A stretch of DNA of 44,385 bases from Thermotogota bacterium. Its GTDB lineage: Bacteria > Bipolaricaulota > Bipolaricaulia > UBA7950 > UBA9294. Below, one piece after another: positions 9,270 through 19,049 of the stretch (positions are counted from its first letter, which is position 1; every line of letters begins with the position of its first letter). A program made the position numbers and the translations under genes. The notes beneath the pieces were generated by a model. That model saw only the letters and a program-made list of their open reading frames with translations, had not been told where the DNA came from and did no database searches. The DNA lies in the NCBI GenBank assembly GCA_039679545.1, contig JBDKUT010000108.1, positions 1 to 44,385 of the forward strand, given 5' to 3'.

Positions 9270-10574
9270 TTACCAGAGATGGAACAGGGCGATGAGGACG
9301 AGGCCGACGGTTCCAACCGCACAGCTCACCAGAGTAGCGGGAAGCGCGCTTTGGAACCATCGTCGAACTGTGATGGGGGTGCCCCATCGGCGTCCGAGCG
9401 AGAGCATCAGGACGCCGGCCGCGGAGCCGATCGGCGTCAGGTTCCCACCGAAACCCGCGCCGATCGCGAGCGCCCACCACAGAGGACCGATCTCTCCACC
9501 CTGGGCGCCGAACGCCAACAGAACGGGGATCATCACCATCGTGATCGGGATGCTCCCCACGACGCCGGAAAGGATCGCGGTCCCCCAGAGGAGGGCGACT
9601 CCGGCCACGACGGCACCGTGGGTGGTGAGCGCAGCGATGCCGCGCGCCACGAAGTCGAGGACTCCGGAAGCGCTCAGGCCGCCGATCAAAACGAACATCC
9701 CAACAAAGAAGACGAGGACGTCCCATTCGACGCTCTTCACCAGATCCTCGATCGACGGTCGCACCCAGAGAAGGGCAACGGATGCACCGATCAGCGCCAC
9801 AAGGCCCGGCCCAATGCCAAGCTGACTGTGGAAGACGTAGAGGAGAATGGTGCCGAGGAAGACGACGGCCACTTCGACTGCCTGCCGCGGTCGAATGAGG
9901 CTGGCCCTAGCATCCAACGTATCGAGGGCGCCCGGCGTCGCGTCGTCCCGCCGCAGGTCCTTCCGAAAGAAGAAGAGGAGCCCCAGTTGTGTGACGAGGG
10001 CTGCGCAGAAAGCGATCGGAGCGAGGTGAACGAGCACGTCGTTGAACGAGAACTTGGCCGCCGACGCGATGAGGATGTTCGGCGGATCGCCGACGAGGGT
10101 CGCGACTCCGCCGACGTTCGAGAGCAGAACCTCGCTCATGAGAAGTGGAAGTGGGCTCACGCCGACAAGTTCGGCAATGGCGACCGTGACGGGAGCTACA
10201 ACGATGATCGTCGTAACATTGTCGAGCATCGACGAAAGTAGGGCGGTCAGGATCCCGAGCGTGAACGCGAGGAGGATGGGGTTCCCACGCGTCCACCGCG
10301 CCACACCCACGGCGAAGTACGCGAAAAGCCCCGTGGATTGGATGATCCCCACGAGGATCATCATCCCGAACAGGAGCGCGATCGTGTTGTAGTCGACCCA
10401 ACCAAACGCTGCGGCCTCGTCGTAGAAGCCGAGACCTATCCCGGCGGCCAGCATCGCCGCCGCGCCGACGATGCTCGCGATCGAGCGATGGATCTTCTCC
10501 GAGAGGATGGCGATGAACGTGACGAGGAAGATCGCCGAGGCGACGACGACGGGCACGATCCGCACCGATTCCAT
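9270..10574 (-). CDS. ArsB/NhaD-family (IT superfamily) ion transporter
   Basis: Highly hydrophobic; LDNVTT, SNVGGVATLVGDPPNI, GGNLTPIGS. Confidence 0.85.
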   Translation of the reverse strand: MESVRIVPVVVASAIFLVTFIAILSEKIHRSIASIVGAAAMLAAGIGLGFYDEAAAFGWVDYNTIALLFGMMILVGIIQSTGLFAYFAVGVARWTRGNPILLAFTLGILTALLSSMLDNVTTIIVVAPVTVAIAELVGVSPLPLLMSEVLLSNVGGVATLVGDPPNILIASAAKFSFNDVLVHLAPIAFCAALVTQLGLLFFFRKDLRRDDATPGALDTLDARASLIRPRQAVEVAVVFLGTILLYVFHSQLGIGPGLVALIGASVALLWVRPSIEDLVKSVEWDVLVFFVGMFVLIGGLSASGVLDFVARGIAALTTHGAVVAGVALLWGTAILSGVVGSIPITMVMIPVLLAFGAQGGEIGPLWWALAIGAGFGGNLTPIGSAAGVLMLSLGRRWGTPITVRRWFQSALPATLVSCAVGTVGLVLIALFHLW

Positions 10575-10626
10575 GGCGCAAGGACACTAGCCGATGACCG
10601 GCCTCCGCGCAATCCTCACGACCCAC

Positions 10627-10902
10627 CTACGCTTTCCAGATCGTCCAGACGCCGACGAGAATGAACAACGCTCCCGCGCCAATGCGGATCCATTTCGTCC
10701 ACACGTCGGGCAGTAGATGATGAACGGCAACGGCAAGGAGCACAGCAAGGACTGTGGATAGAAGCAACGCGACGCCAGCTCCGATCAAGACTCCCCACGG
10801 CGACGTGGTCTCCATCGCAAGACAGAACACCGTGAGTTGCGTCTTGTCGCCGAGTTCGGCAAGGAAGACGCGAGCCAACGTGGAGAGCGCGATCTTCAAC
10901 AT
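10627..10902 (-). CDS. UPF0016/GDT1/TMEM165-family protein, single repeat (91 aa)
   Basis: FLAELGDKTQL motif, 3 hydrophobic segments, AAGGAGG upstream of ATG 10902. Confidence 0.85.
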   Translation of the reverse strand: MLKIALSTLARVFLAELGDKTQLTVFCLAMETTSPWGVLIGAGVALLLSTVLAVLLAVAVHHLLPDVWTKWIRIGAGALFILVGVWTIWKA

Positions 10903-10982
10903 GCAATCCTCCTTGAGCGCAGAGCGCAACGGCCGGTCCGCCGGCCTCGACCGCCAACGGCGAGAGGATATCGCGCCCCCGA

Positions 10983-11011
10983 TTGCGTTTCGCGGGAGAC
11001 CCCGCTATCAT
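10983..11011 (+). promoter_or_regulatory. sigma70-type promoter of the hydrogenase operon
   Basis: TTGCGT-N17-TATCAT. Confidence 0.55.
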
Positions 11012-11082
11012 CCGCCGACGCGCCAAGGGCACTTCCCTCGGGCGCGTTGCCCGGCGGACAGTGGATGGGGTCTGTAGAGAAC

Positions 11083-12516
11083 ATGAGAGAAGGAATCGTG
11101 CTTCTCGTAGCGGTGTTTGCCCCCCTAGCGGGGGCGTTCCTGCTTCCAGTCCTTGGAATTGCGTCGAAGCGACTACGCGATGTGTCCGCCCTGGCGATGG
11201 TGCTCGTGTCGCTCGGCGTGTCGCTCGCCCTCGTACCCGGAGCCCTGCGCGGCGAGATCGTCTCCTTCGGCGTCGCCGGCCCGCTTGGGCTTTCGTTCGC
11301 TCTCACCGCGGACGCGCTCGCCGTCTTCATGGCCGTCGTGTCGTCGCTCGTCGGCGCGATCATCATCCTCTTTTCGTTTGACTACATCAGCCACTACGAG
11401 AACCAGAACGAGTACTACACCATGGCCGTCGTCTTCCTCGGCGCCATGATGGGCCTCGTCTTCTCGACGAACCTCGTGTACCTCTACGTCTTCTGGGAGA
11501 TCACGGGGATCGCGAGCTGGCGGCTGATCGGCTTCTACCGCGGCAAGACCGACGTTCTAAAGGCGGACAAGGCGTTCCTGATGACAGCCCTCGGCGCACT
11601 CGTGATGCTGATCGGCGTCCTCGCCGTCTACGGACTGACTGGAACCTTCGACCTCGGGGCCATGAGAGGAACGGCGCTTCCGCTCGGGATCTCGCTGCTT
11701 CTCCTCGTCGGGCTCCTGTCGAAGTCGGCCACGCTGCCGTTCCAGACGTGGCTCCCTGACGCGGGCGTTGCTCCGTCGCCGGTGACCGCACTCCTGCACG
11801 CCGCCGTCCTCGTCAAGATCGGTGTCTACGTGTTCGCGCGTCTCTTCCTGTCGACCTTCGTCTTTGACGAGGCGCTGCGGACGATCGTCGCGTCGATCGC
11901 CGGGGCGAGTGCGCTCGTCAGTGCGGGAGCCGCGCTCGTCGAGACGGACTTCAAGCGGATCGTGGCGTACTCGACGGTGAGCCAGATCGGCTTCATCTTC
12001 CTCGGACTCGCCATGGGGAACGCGCTCGGCGCGGCCGGCGCGCTCCTCTACATCCTGATGCACGGGCTCGCGAAGGCCGGCCTCTTCCTCTCGGCCGGCA
12101 TCGTCGAGCAGAACGCGGGCACGAAGGACATCACGAAGCTCGGCGGGCTGATCCGTTCCATGCCGTGGACGGCAGTCGCCTTCCTCCTTTGCGCGTTCTC
12201 GGTCATGGGGATCCCGCCGTTCGGCGGCTTCTTCAGCAAATACATGGTGATCTCGGCGGCGGTTAGCGCAGACGAAATCGTCTTCGGCGCCGTGTTCCTT
12301 GCCGGCGCGCTCCTGACGATCCTCTACCTCTTCCGCCTGTTCACCAAGGTCTTCCTGGGCGAGCCGCACGGAGTTCTCGCGCCGGAGACGTCGCGCCTGA
12401 TGGTGGCGTGCGTGGTTCTGCTCGCCGCGCTCTCGCTCGTGGGCGGGCTGGCGGTGGGTTGGCCGTCTGAGCTGGCGCGCGTTGCGATCTCGCAGATGCT
12501 GGGGGTGGCGGGATGA
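11083..12516 (+). CDS. Antiporter-like membrane subunit 1 (NuoL/MrpA-MrpD family)
   Basis: VFWEITG, KSATLPFQTWLPDA, ALLHAAVLVKIG, AYSTVSQIGF; start 11083 or 11065. Confidence 0.88.
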   Translation: MREGIVLLVAVFAPLAGAFLLPVLGIASKRLRDVSALAMVLVSLGVSLALVPGALRGEIVSFGVAGPLGLSFALTADALAVFMAVVSSLVGAIIILFSFDYISHYENQNEYYTMAVVFLGAMMGLVFSTNLVYLYVFWEITGIASWRLIGFYRGKTDVLKADKAFLMTALGALVMLIGVLAVYGLTGTFDLGAMRGTALPLGISLLLLVGLLSKSATLPFQTWLPDAGVAPSPVTALLHAAVLVKIGVYVFARLFLSTFVFDEALRTIVASIAGASALVSAGAALVETDFKRIVAYSTVSQIGFIFLGLAMGNALGAAGALLYILMHGLAKAGLFLSAGIVEQNAGTKDITKLGGLIRSMPWTAVAFLLCAFSVMGIPPFGGFFSKYMVISAAVSADEIVFGAVFLAGALLTILYLFRLFTKVFLGEPHGVLAPETSRLMVACVVLLAALSLVGGLAVGWPSELARVAISQMLGVAG

Positions 12517-14372
12517 CGCCGCTTCTGCTCATCCTGACGATCGCTGTTCCGGTTGCCGCGGGGCTCCTGGTCCTGCTCTTGCCAAGTCGCCGTGCGCCGT
12601 GGGCGCCTGCCGTCCTCGCCACGCTCGCCTGCACCTTCGAGCTTGCGCTCGCTGTCTACGTATTCCCGCACGACTTCACGTTCGCCTGGCCGTGGATGGG
12701 GTTCGGTGCCGAGTTCGCGCTCAAGCTCTCGCGGTTCAGCGCGTTCATCCTGCTCGGGATCGCGACGTTCTCGTTCCTCGTCACGGCGTACTCCGCCGTC
12801 TCGCTGGCAAAGGCACCGTCGTCACGCCGGTTCCACGCGTGGGTTCTCTTTACGGTGGCGCTTTCGGCCGGCGCCGTCCTCGCCGACAACCTGATCCTCT
12901 TCCTCGTCTTCTGGGAGGGCCTGCTCCTCACGCTCTTCGCAATGATCGCCGCGGGGAAGACGCGGCCGTTCGCGACGGCCGTCAAGGCATTCGTCATCGT
13001 CGGGCTGACCGACCTCGCTCTCATGTTCGGCGTCATGCTGACCGGCCACCTCGCGGGGACGATGTCGATGTCGGCGATCCGTCTTCCGCTCGACGGGCTC
13101 GGCGCGGTCGCCTTCCTCCTGCTCATGATCGGAGCGATGGGGAAGGCGGGGGCGATGCCGTTCCACAGCTGGATCCCCGACGCCGCGATCGACGCGCCGC
13201 TGCCGTTCATGGCGCTCTTGCCCGGAAGCCTGGAAAAGCTGCTTGGGATCTACTTCCTCGCGCGTATCTCTCTCGACCTGTTCGTCCTGACGCCCGAGTC
13301 GTGGGTCTCGCCCGTCCTCATGGGGATCGGCGCCGCGACGATTCTTCTCGCGGTCTTGATGGCCCTCGTGCAAAAGGACTACAAGAAGCTCCTCGCGTAC
13401 CACGCCATCAGCCAGGTGGGGTACATGATCCTTGGGATCGGGACGGCGCTCCCGGTCGGCATCGTCGGCGGTCTGTTCCACATGGTGAACAACGCGATCT
13501 ACAAGTCGTCGTTGTTCCTATCCGCCGGCGCGGTAGAGAAGGAAGCCGGAACGACGGACCTGCGCGAGCTGGGCGGGCTCGGACGAAGCATGCCGATCAC
13601 GACCGTCTGCTTCCTGATTGCCGCGGCCTCGATCTCGGGCGTACCGCCGTTCAACGGGTTCTTCTCGAAGGAGCTGGTCTACGACGGCGCCCTCGAACGA
13701 GGGTGGATCTTCTACGCCATCGCGCTCGCCGGCTCCTTCTTCACAGCGGCGTCGTTCCTGAAGTTGGGCCACGCCGCGTTCTTCGGCAAGCCCACTAACG
13801 CGAAGCGAACCGTGAAGGAAGCGCCGTGGCCGATGCTCTTGCCGATGATCATCCTCGCCGGCTTGTGCGTCGTCTTCGGCGTAGCGAACTCGCTCCCGCT
13901 GGAGCGGCTGATCCAACCTGTCCTCGGGACGTCGATGGAGGGAGCGCACGGCGGGACGTTCGCCGGTTTCCCGACGAACATGATGCTCGTGGGGTTGACC
14001 GCCGGGGTGCTTGCGCTGGCCGTCGCGAACCACGCGTTCGGCGTCCACCGCACCGGCAAAGGAATCGGCGCCGTCGACCACATCCATCACGCGCCCGGAC
14101 TTTCGTCGGTCTACAAGCTGCAGGCGACGGGTGCCCTCGATCCGTACCGGATGCTCGGCGGCGTCGTGGGGGTGGCGTCGAGAGGGCTCTACGCACTCGA
14201 CCGAGCCATTGACTGGGTCTACAGCGGACTCGCCGCGCAGTCGGCGCTCGCCGTGAGCTGGGCCTTGCGCAAGGGCCACAACGGAAACGTCAACCGGTAC
14301 GTCCTCTGGGCGCTCGTCGGCGCGGCCGCCGTGGTCCTCGCCGTGCTCGCTGTCGTGGGAGGCGGACGATGA
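12513..14372 (+). CDS. Antiporter-like membrane subunit 2 (NuoL/MrpA-like with C-terminal extension)
   Basis: VFWEG, KAGAMPFHSWIPDA, AYHAISQVGY, PPFNGFFSKE, tail D..IDWVY...HNGNVNRY. Confidence 0.88.
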   Translation: MTPLLLILTIAVPVAAGLLVLLLPSRRAPWAPAVLATLACTFELALAVYVFPHDFTFAWPWMGFGAEFALKLSRFSAFILLGIATFSFLVTAYSAVSLAKAPSSRRFHAWVLFTVALSAGAVLADNLILFLVFWEGLLLTLFAMIAAGKTRPFATAVKAFVIVGLTDLALMFGVMLTGHLAGTMSMSAIRLPLDGLGAVAFLLLMIGAMGKAGAMPFHSWIPDAAIDAPLPFMALLPGSLEKLLGIYFLARISLDLFVLTPESWVSPVLMGIGAATILLAVLMALVQKDYKKLLAYHAISQVGYMILGIGTALPVGIVGGLFHMVNNAIYKSSLFLSAGAVEKEAGTTDLRELGGLGRSMPITTVCFLIAAASISGVPPFNGFFSKELVYDGALERGWIFYAIALAGSFFTAASFLKLGHAAFFGKPTNAKRTVKEAPWPMLLPMIILAGLCVVFGVANSLPLERLIQPVLGTSMEGAHGGTFAGFPTNMMLVGLTAGVLALAVANHAFGVHRTGKGIGAVDHIHHAPGLSSVYKLQATGALDPYRMLGGVVGVASRGLYALDRAIDWVYSGLAAQSALAVSWALRKGHNGNVNRYVLWALVGAAAVVLAVLAVVGGGR

Positions 14373-15781
14373 GCGACCTTCTTCTTCTCGTCCCGTTCGT
14401 CGCCGTCGTGCTCCTCTACCTCCTGCCGAAGCGCGCGCGGGCGGCAGGTCTGTGGATCGCGTTCGGGATCCTCGCCCTCGAAGCCGCGGCCGCGGCCCTC
14501 GATCGGTTCGCCACGATCGACGTCGGCCTCCTTGCGCCGCTCGAGAAGCTTCTCGGCTTTCACCTCGCGACGGACGGGCTCTCCGGGCTTCTGATTCTCT
14601 GTACGGGACTCGTCGGCATGGCGGCGCTCCTCGTCGCGCGTCGCACGCTCGAGAGCGTCAACGAGAGGTTCCTCTTCGCCAACCTTGTCCTCGTCGCCGT
14701 CGTCGGCATCAACGGGATCGCCATGGTGCGCGACCTGTTCTCGCTCTACGTCTTCGTCGAGGTCACGGCGGTCGCCACCTTCATCCTGATCGCGGCGGGA
14801 CGAGGCGACCACGTCTTCGAGGGGGCGTGGAAGTACATCTTCCTGTCGGTCGTGGCGAGCGTGCTCATGCTGACCTCGCTCGGCTTCTTCCTCCTGTCGA
14901 CCGGCGGCATCACGCTCGACGCGGCACGGACGGGGCTCGAGGCGAACGCTCCTCTGGCATGGATCGCGATGGCCCTCTTCCTCTGCGGCCTCTTCGTCAA
15001 GGGAGCCATGGTGCCGTTCCACGGCTGGCTGGCGGACGCGTACACGGCGGCGCCGGCGCCGGTGTCGGTCTTCATGGCGGGGGTCGTCACGAAGGCTTCG
15101 GGAATCTTCGCGCTCCTGCGGATCGCCCAGTCGACGCTCGGCGGCGCGACTCCCGGCCGCGAGATCCTTCTCGTCGTCGGAGCGGTGACGATCGTCGGCG
15201 GCGCCTTCCTGGCCCTGACGCAGACGAACTTCAAGCGCATGCTCGCGTACTCGAGCATCAGCCAGATGGGCTACATCGTGCTCGCCCTCGGCGGCGATCT
15301 CCACCTCGGGATCCTCGCGGCGGGCCTGCACTTCTTCAACCACGCGATTTCGAAGTCCCAGCTGTTCGCGAACGCCGCCGCCATCGAGCAACAGCTCGGC
15401 ACCCTCGACATGGACGAGATGGGCGGGCTCGGCGCCCGCATGCCGGTGACGGCGGGGACGTCGGCCGTAGCTTCGCTCTCGATCGCCGGGCTGCCGCCGC
15501 TCGCCGGCTTCTGGAGCAAGCTCTTGATCGTCCTCGCTCTGTGGAACGCGAAGGAGTACGCGTTCGCCGCCGTGGCGATCCTGGCAAGCCTGGTGACGCT
15601 CGCCTACTTCCTCTCGCTTCAGCGGAAGGTCTTCTTCGGAAAACCGCTTAACAAGTGGTCTGGCGCGCGCGAGGCCTCCGCGGGGCTTCTCGTGCCGGCG
15701 GTGGTGCTCGCCCTGATCACGATCGCCCTTGGGGTCGGATTCCCGTTCGCGCTTCGGATCCTCATGGGAGGTGGAGCATGA
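14369..15781 (+). CDS. Antiporter-like membrane subunit 3 (MrpD/NuoN-like)
   Basis: LYVFVE, EGAWKY, VPFHGWLADAY..AP, KRMLAYSSISQMGY, PPLAGFWSK. Confidence 0.88.
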   Translation: MSDLLLLVPFVAVVLLYLLPKRARAAGLWIAFGILALEAAAAALDRFATIDVGLLAPLEKLLGFHLATDGLSGLLILCTGLVGMAALLVARRTLESVNERFLFANLVLVAVVGINGIAMVRDLFSLYVFVEVTAVATFILIAAGRGDHVFEGAWKYIFLSVVASVLMLTSLGFFLLSTGGITLDAARTGLEANAPLAWIAMALFLCGLFVKGAMVPFHGWLADAYTAAPAPVSVFMAGVVTKASGIFALLRIAQSTLGGATPGREILLVVGAVTIVGGAFLALTQTNFKRMLAYSSISQMGYIVLALGGDLHLGILAAGLHFFNHAISKSQLFANAAAIEQQLGTLDMDEMGGLGARMPVTAGTSAVASLSIAGLPPLAGFWSKLLIVLALWNAKEYAFAAVAILASLVTLAYFLSLQRKVFFGKPLNKWSGAREASAGLLVPAVVLALITIALGVGFPFALRILMGGGA

Positions 15782-16272
15782 TTGGATTCACGCTCCTTCT
15801 GGTCGTCCTCGTCCTCGCCGCGCTGTGGGCGTCGATGACGACGACCCTCCTGCGCGCAACTCTAGGGCTCGCGCTCGCCAGCGCGCTCCTCTCCGTCGTG
15901 ATGTTCAGCATGGGGGCGACGCTTGCGGCCGTCATGGAACTGTCGGTGTGCGCCGGCCTGATCTCCGTCGTCCTGGTGAGCGTCGCCAGCCTCACGCGAC
16001 CGCGATCGATTCAGGAAGAGATCGCCAGCCGCCGCAGCCGGCTCCGCCGGATCTGGCCCCTTCCGCTGGTGCTCATCGCCGCCGGCGTCGCCCTGTCGTT
16101 CGTTCACGCGCCGGTCGACATCGTCCTGCGCCTGCCGCAGAGCGACGGCGACGTGCGCACGGTCCTGTGGAGCATGAGGCAACTCGACCTCTTCGGGCAG
16201 ATCCTCATCCTCCTCGCGGGCGCGCTTGGGGTGCTCGTTCTGTTCCGGAAGGAGGCCAAAGATGACGATTGA
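15778..16272 (+). CDS. NuoJ-like membrane subunit
   Basis: Hydrophobic 164 aa, AVMELSVCAGLISV, LWSMRQLDLFGQ; ATGA coupling. Confidence 0.7.
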   Translation: MIGFTLLLVVLVLAALWASMTTTLLRATLGLALASALLSVVMFSMGATLAAVMELSVCAGLISVVLVSVASLTRPRSIQEEIASRRSRLRRIWPLPLVLIAAGVALSFVHAPVDIVLRLPQSDGDVRTVLWSMRQLDLFGQILILLAGALGVLVLFRKEAKDDD

Positions 16273-16582
16273 GATGCCCCAGTCGTTCTGGCTCTACTTC
16301 ACCTTCTTCGTCCTCCTCCTTGTGGACGGGCTGTGGTGCATGCTCGCGACCCGCAACCTCGTGCGAATCCTCATCGGCCTTGAGATCCTCATGAAGTCGG
16401 TGACGTTCTTCCTGATTGCGGCGGGGTACCTGTCGGGGCGCATGGCGCTCGCTCAGGCGTTGGTCATCACGGTGATCGTCATCGAGGTTGTCGTCGTTGT
16501 GGTTGTCGCGGGGATCATCCTTGGGTTCTACCGCAAGCATGATTCTCTCGACGTCGGGAACACGCGGAAGATGAAGGGATAG
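16262..16582 (+). CDS. NuoK/MrpC-like subunit
   Basis: GLWCMLATRNLVRILIGLEILM, AQALVITVIVIE. Confidence 0.8.
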   Translation: MTIEMPQSFWLYFTFFVLLLVDGLWCMLATRNLVRILIGLEILMKSVTFFLIAAGYLSGRMALAQALVITVIVIEVVVVVVVAGIILGFYRKHDSLDVGNTRKMKG

Positions 16583-16585
16583 CCC

Positions 16586-16924
16586 ATGTCGGGATCGATG
16601 CTCCTCCTCGTTCCACCCGTCGTCCTGACCCTCCTCGTTGTCTTCGTCGCGGCGTTCTCGTCCGCCTTGAGCCCGCTCGCAGCCCGCAGGAAGGGCCCGA
16701 AGGGTGCCCTCGACAAACCGTACGCCGGCGGAGAGAACCTCGAGACTCACCGCGTGCAGCCTGACTACAGCGAGTTCTTCCCGTTCGCGTTCTTCTTCAC
16801 GATCCTCCACGTCGTCACGTTGATCGTCGCGACGTCGCCGACCGGGGCCGTCGGTAGCCTTGCCTTCTCGATCGTCTACGTGCTCGGGGCCCTGCTCTGC
16901 CTGTTCATTCTCTTCCGGAGGTAA
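16586..16924 (+). CDS. NuoA-like small membrane subunit
   Basis: TM-loop KPYAGGE-TM-TM pattern, FFPFAFFFTILHV. Confidence 0.7.
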   Translation: MSGSMLLLVPPVVLTLLVVFVAAFSSALSPLAARRKGPKGALDKPYAGGENLETHRVQPDYSEFFPFAFFFTILHVVTLIVATSPTGAVGSLAFSIVYVLGALLCLFILFRR

Positions 16925-16931
16925 CGTCGGC

Positions 16932-17369
16932 ATGAACGTCGCTCGCAAGATGGTCCGCTGGGGACAGAGAAAGTCGCCGTGGATCCTGCATTTCAACACC
17001 GGCGCCTGCAACGCCTGCGACATCGAGATCATTGCCGCCCTGACGCCCCGCTTCGACCTCGAACGCTTCGGCGTTCTCCTGAAGGGGACTCCCCGCCATT
17101 GCGACATCATGGCGTGCTCGGGGCCCGTGACGCGGCAGATCGAGTCGCGCCTCGTGCGCATCTACGAGCAGGTCCCGGAGCCGAAGCTCGTGGTCGCCGT
17201 GGGGTCCTGCGCTACGAGCGGTGGAGTCTTCAACGGCCTGTACAATGTGAAGGGCGGGATCGATCAGGTGATCCCCGTCGCGGCGTACATCCCCGGATGC
17301 CCGGCGAGTCCGCAGGCGATCATCGACGGATTCGCGAAGCTTCTAAAGACGCTGGAGGAGGGGAAATGA
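16932..17369 (+). CDS. Group 4 [NiFe]-hydrogenase small subunit (NuoB-like)
   Basis: SPW..H.NTGACNACDIEI, VAVGSCATSGG, YIPGCP. Confidence 0.92.
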   Translation: MNVARKMVRWGQRKSPWILHFNTGACNACDIEIIAALTPRFDLERFGVLLKGTPRHCDIMACSGPVTRQIESRLVRIYEQVPEPKLVVAVGSCATSGGVFNGLYNVKGGIDQVIPVAAYIPGCPASPQAIIDGFAKLLKTLEEGK

Positions 17370-17830
17370 GCGAAGCCGAGGCCCTGGTTGACCAACTCGT
17401 CGCCGCATTCCCGGCCCTCACTGGGCGTGTGACGGTTCAACGCGCCAAGCGCGTCTGGATCGACGTCGATCGACAGGCCTTTCCCGAGGTGTTCCGTCGC
17501 CTCGCGAAGGACCTCGGATTCGAGGTCTTCTGCATGATCACCGGGCTGGACGAGGGGGCCGACCTCGGGCTCATCTACCACCTCGCCCGCAACGACGGGT
17601 TGATGGCGAACGTGAAGACCCGCTGTCCGAAAGGGGAGTCGATGCAGACGATCACGTCCATCTTCCCCGGCGGCGGCATCTACGAGCGGGAGTTGATCGA
17701 CCTCCTCGGCGCGCACATCGAAGGGCTTCCCGAGGGGGCCCGCTACCCGCTTCCGGACAACTGGCCGAAGGACGAGCACCCACTGCTCAAGGACTGGAAG
17801 CCAAAGGACAAGGGAGCCCAGGATGCCTGA
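17366..17830 (+). CDS. NuoC-like subunit
   Basis: ITGLD, IYHL, TITSIFPGG.IYERELIDLLG, HPLLKDW. Confidence 0.88.
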   Translation: MSEAEALVDQLVAAFPALTGRVTVQRAKRVWIDVDRQAFPEVFRRLAKDLGFEVFCMITGLDEGADLGLIYHLARNDGLMANVKTRCPKGESMQTITSIFPGGGIYERELIDLLGAHIEGLPEGARYPLPDNWPKDEHPLLKDWKPKDKGAQDA

Positions 17831-19049
17831 CAAGAAGAGAACCGTTCGCGTTCCCATCGGCCCCCAGCACCCCGCTCTCAAGGAGCCGGAGAGCTTCATG
17901 GTCGACCTCCAGGGCGAGAAGATCTCCTCCGTCGCCCTGCGGCTCGGCTACAACCACCGCGGCATCGAGAAGGGATGCGAAGAGCGTACCTACATGCAGG
18001 ACCTGTACTTGGTCGAACGCGTCTGTGGCATCTGCTCGCACTCCCACGCGACGGCGTTCATCCAGGCCGTCGAAGAGATCGCAGGGCTCGAGATCCCGCG
18101 GCGCGCGAAGTACATCCGGACACTGATCGCCGAACTCGAGCGCGTCCACAGCCACCTCCTCTGGCTCGGCGTGGCCGGCCACGAGATCGGCTTCGACACG
18201 CTCCTCATGTACTCGTGGCGCGACCGCGAGCTCGTCATGGACCTGTTCGCGGAGCTGACCGGAAACCGCGTCAACTACGCGATGAACACCCTCGGCGGCG
18301 TCCGCCGGGACATCGCCGCCGAGCAGTTCCCGCACATCCAGAAGATCGTCGACACGCTCGAGGAGCGGACGAAGTACTACATCGAGCTTGCGATGACGGA
18401 GGAGACGCTGGCCCAGCGACTGTCGGGCGTCGGGTACCTCTCGAAGGAGGACGCGGTCCGGCTCGGCGCCGTCGGCCCGACGTCGCGCGCCTCGGGAGCG
18501 GACCGCGATACGCGCCGCGACGATCCGTACGCCGCCTACGACGAGCTCGACTTCAAGGTCATCACCGACGACCGCTGCGACGTCTTGGGCCGCGCCGTCG
18601 TCCGCCTGGGCGAGCTGATGCAGAGCTACTCGATGATCCGTCAAATCCTGAAGCAGATGCCCGAGGGCCCCATCACCGTCAAGGCGCCGCTCAAGATCCC
18701 GGCCGGCGAAGCGGTGAGCCGGTACGAGGCGCCGCGCGGCGAGGACGTGCACTACGTCCGCGCCAACGGGACGGACAAGCCCGAACGCGTCAAAGTGCGG
18801 GCTCCGACCCTGGCCAACACGCAGTCGGTCGCCAAGATGCTCGAGGACGGCTACCTCGCGGACCTGCCGATCGTCGTCGCGGCCATTGACCCCTGCTTCT
18901 CGTGCACCGACCGCACGATCGCGGTGCAGGGCAACGGGGACTCGAAGACCATGGGGTGGGAGGAACTCGTCCAGTACGGCGTTCGCTGGTATCGCGATCG
19001 CGGCGTGGATCCGTCGAGAATCAAGGTGCGAGGAGACGAATCGGCATGA
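17823..19049 (+). CDS. Group 4 [NiFe]-hydrogenase large subunit (NuoD-like) with cleavable C-terminal extension
   Basis: GPQHP, GYNHRGIEK, L1 RVCGICSHSH, L2 DPCFSCTDR followed by about 45 extra residues. Confidence 0.93.
   Translation: MPDKKRTVRVPIGPQHPALKEPESFMVDLQGEKISSVALRLGYNHRGIEKGCEERTYMQDLYLVERVCGICSHSHATAFIQAVEEIAGLEIPRRAKYIRTLIAELERVHSHLLWLGVAGHEIGFDTLLMYSWRDRELVMDLFAELTGNRVNYAMNTLGGVRRDIAAEQFPHIQKIVDTLEERTKYYIELAMTEETLAQRLSGVGYLSKEDAVRLGAVGPTSRASGADRDTRRDDPYAAYDELDFKVITDDRCDVLGRAVVRLGELMQSYSMIRQILKQMPEGPITVKAPLKIPAGEAVSRYEAPRGEDVHYVRANGTDKPERVKVRAPTLANTQSVAKMLEDGYLADLPIVVAAIDPCFSCTDRTIAVQGNGDSKTMGWEELVQYGVRWYRDRGVDPSRIKVRGDESA

Noticed and set aside
10903..11082. yybP-ykoY manganese riboswitch upstream of the UPF0016 gene
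   Set aside because: The GGGGAGUA and GAGACC hallmarks are not visible on the minus strand
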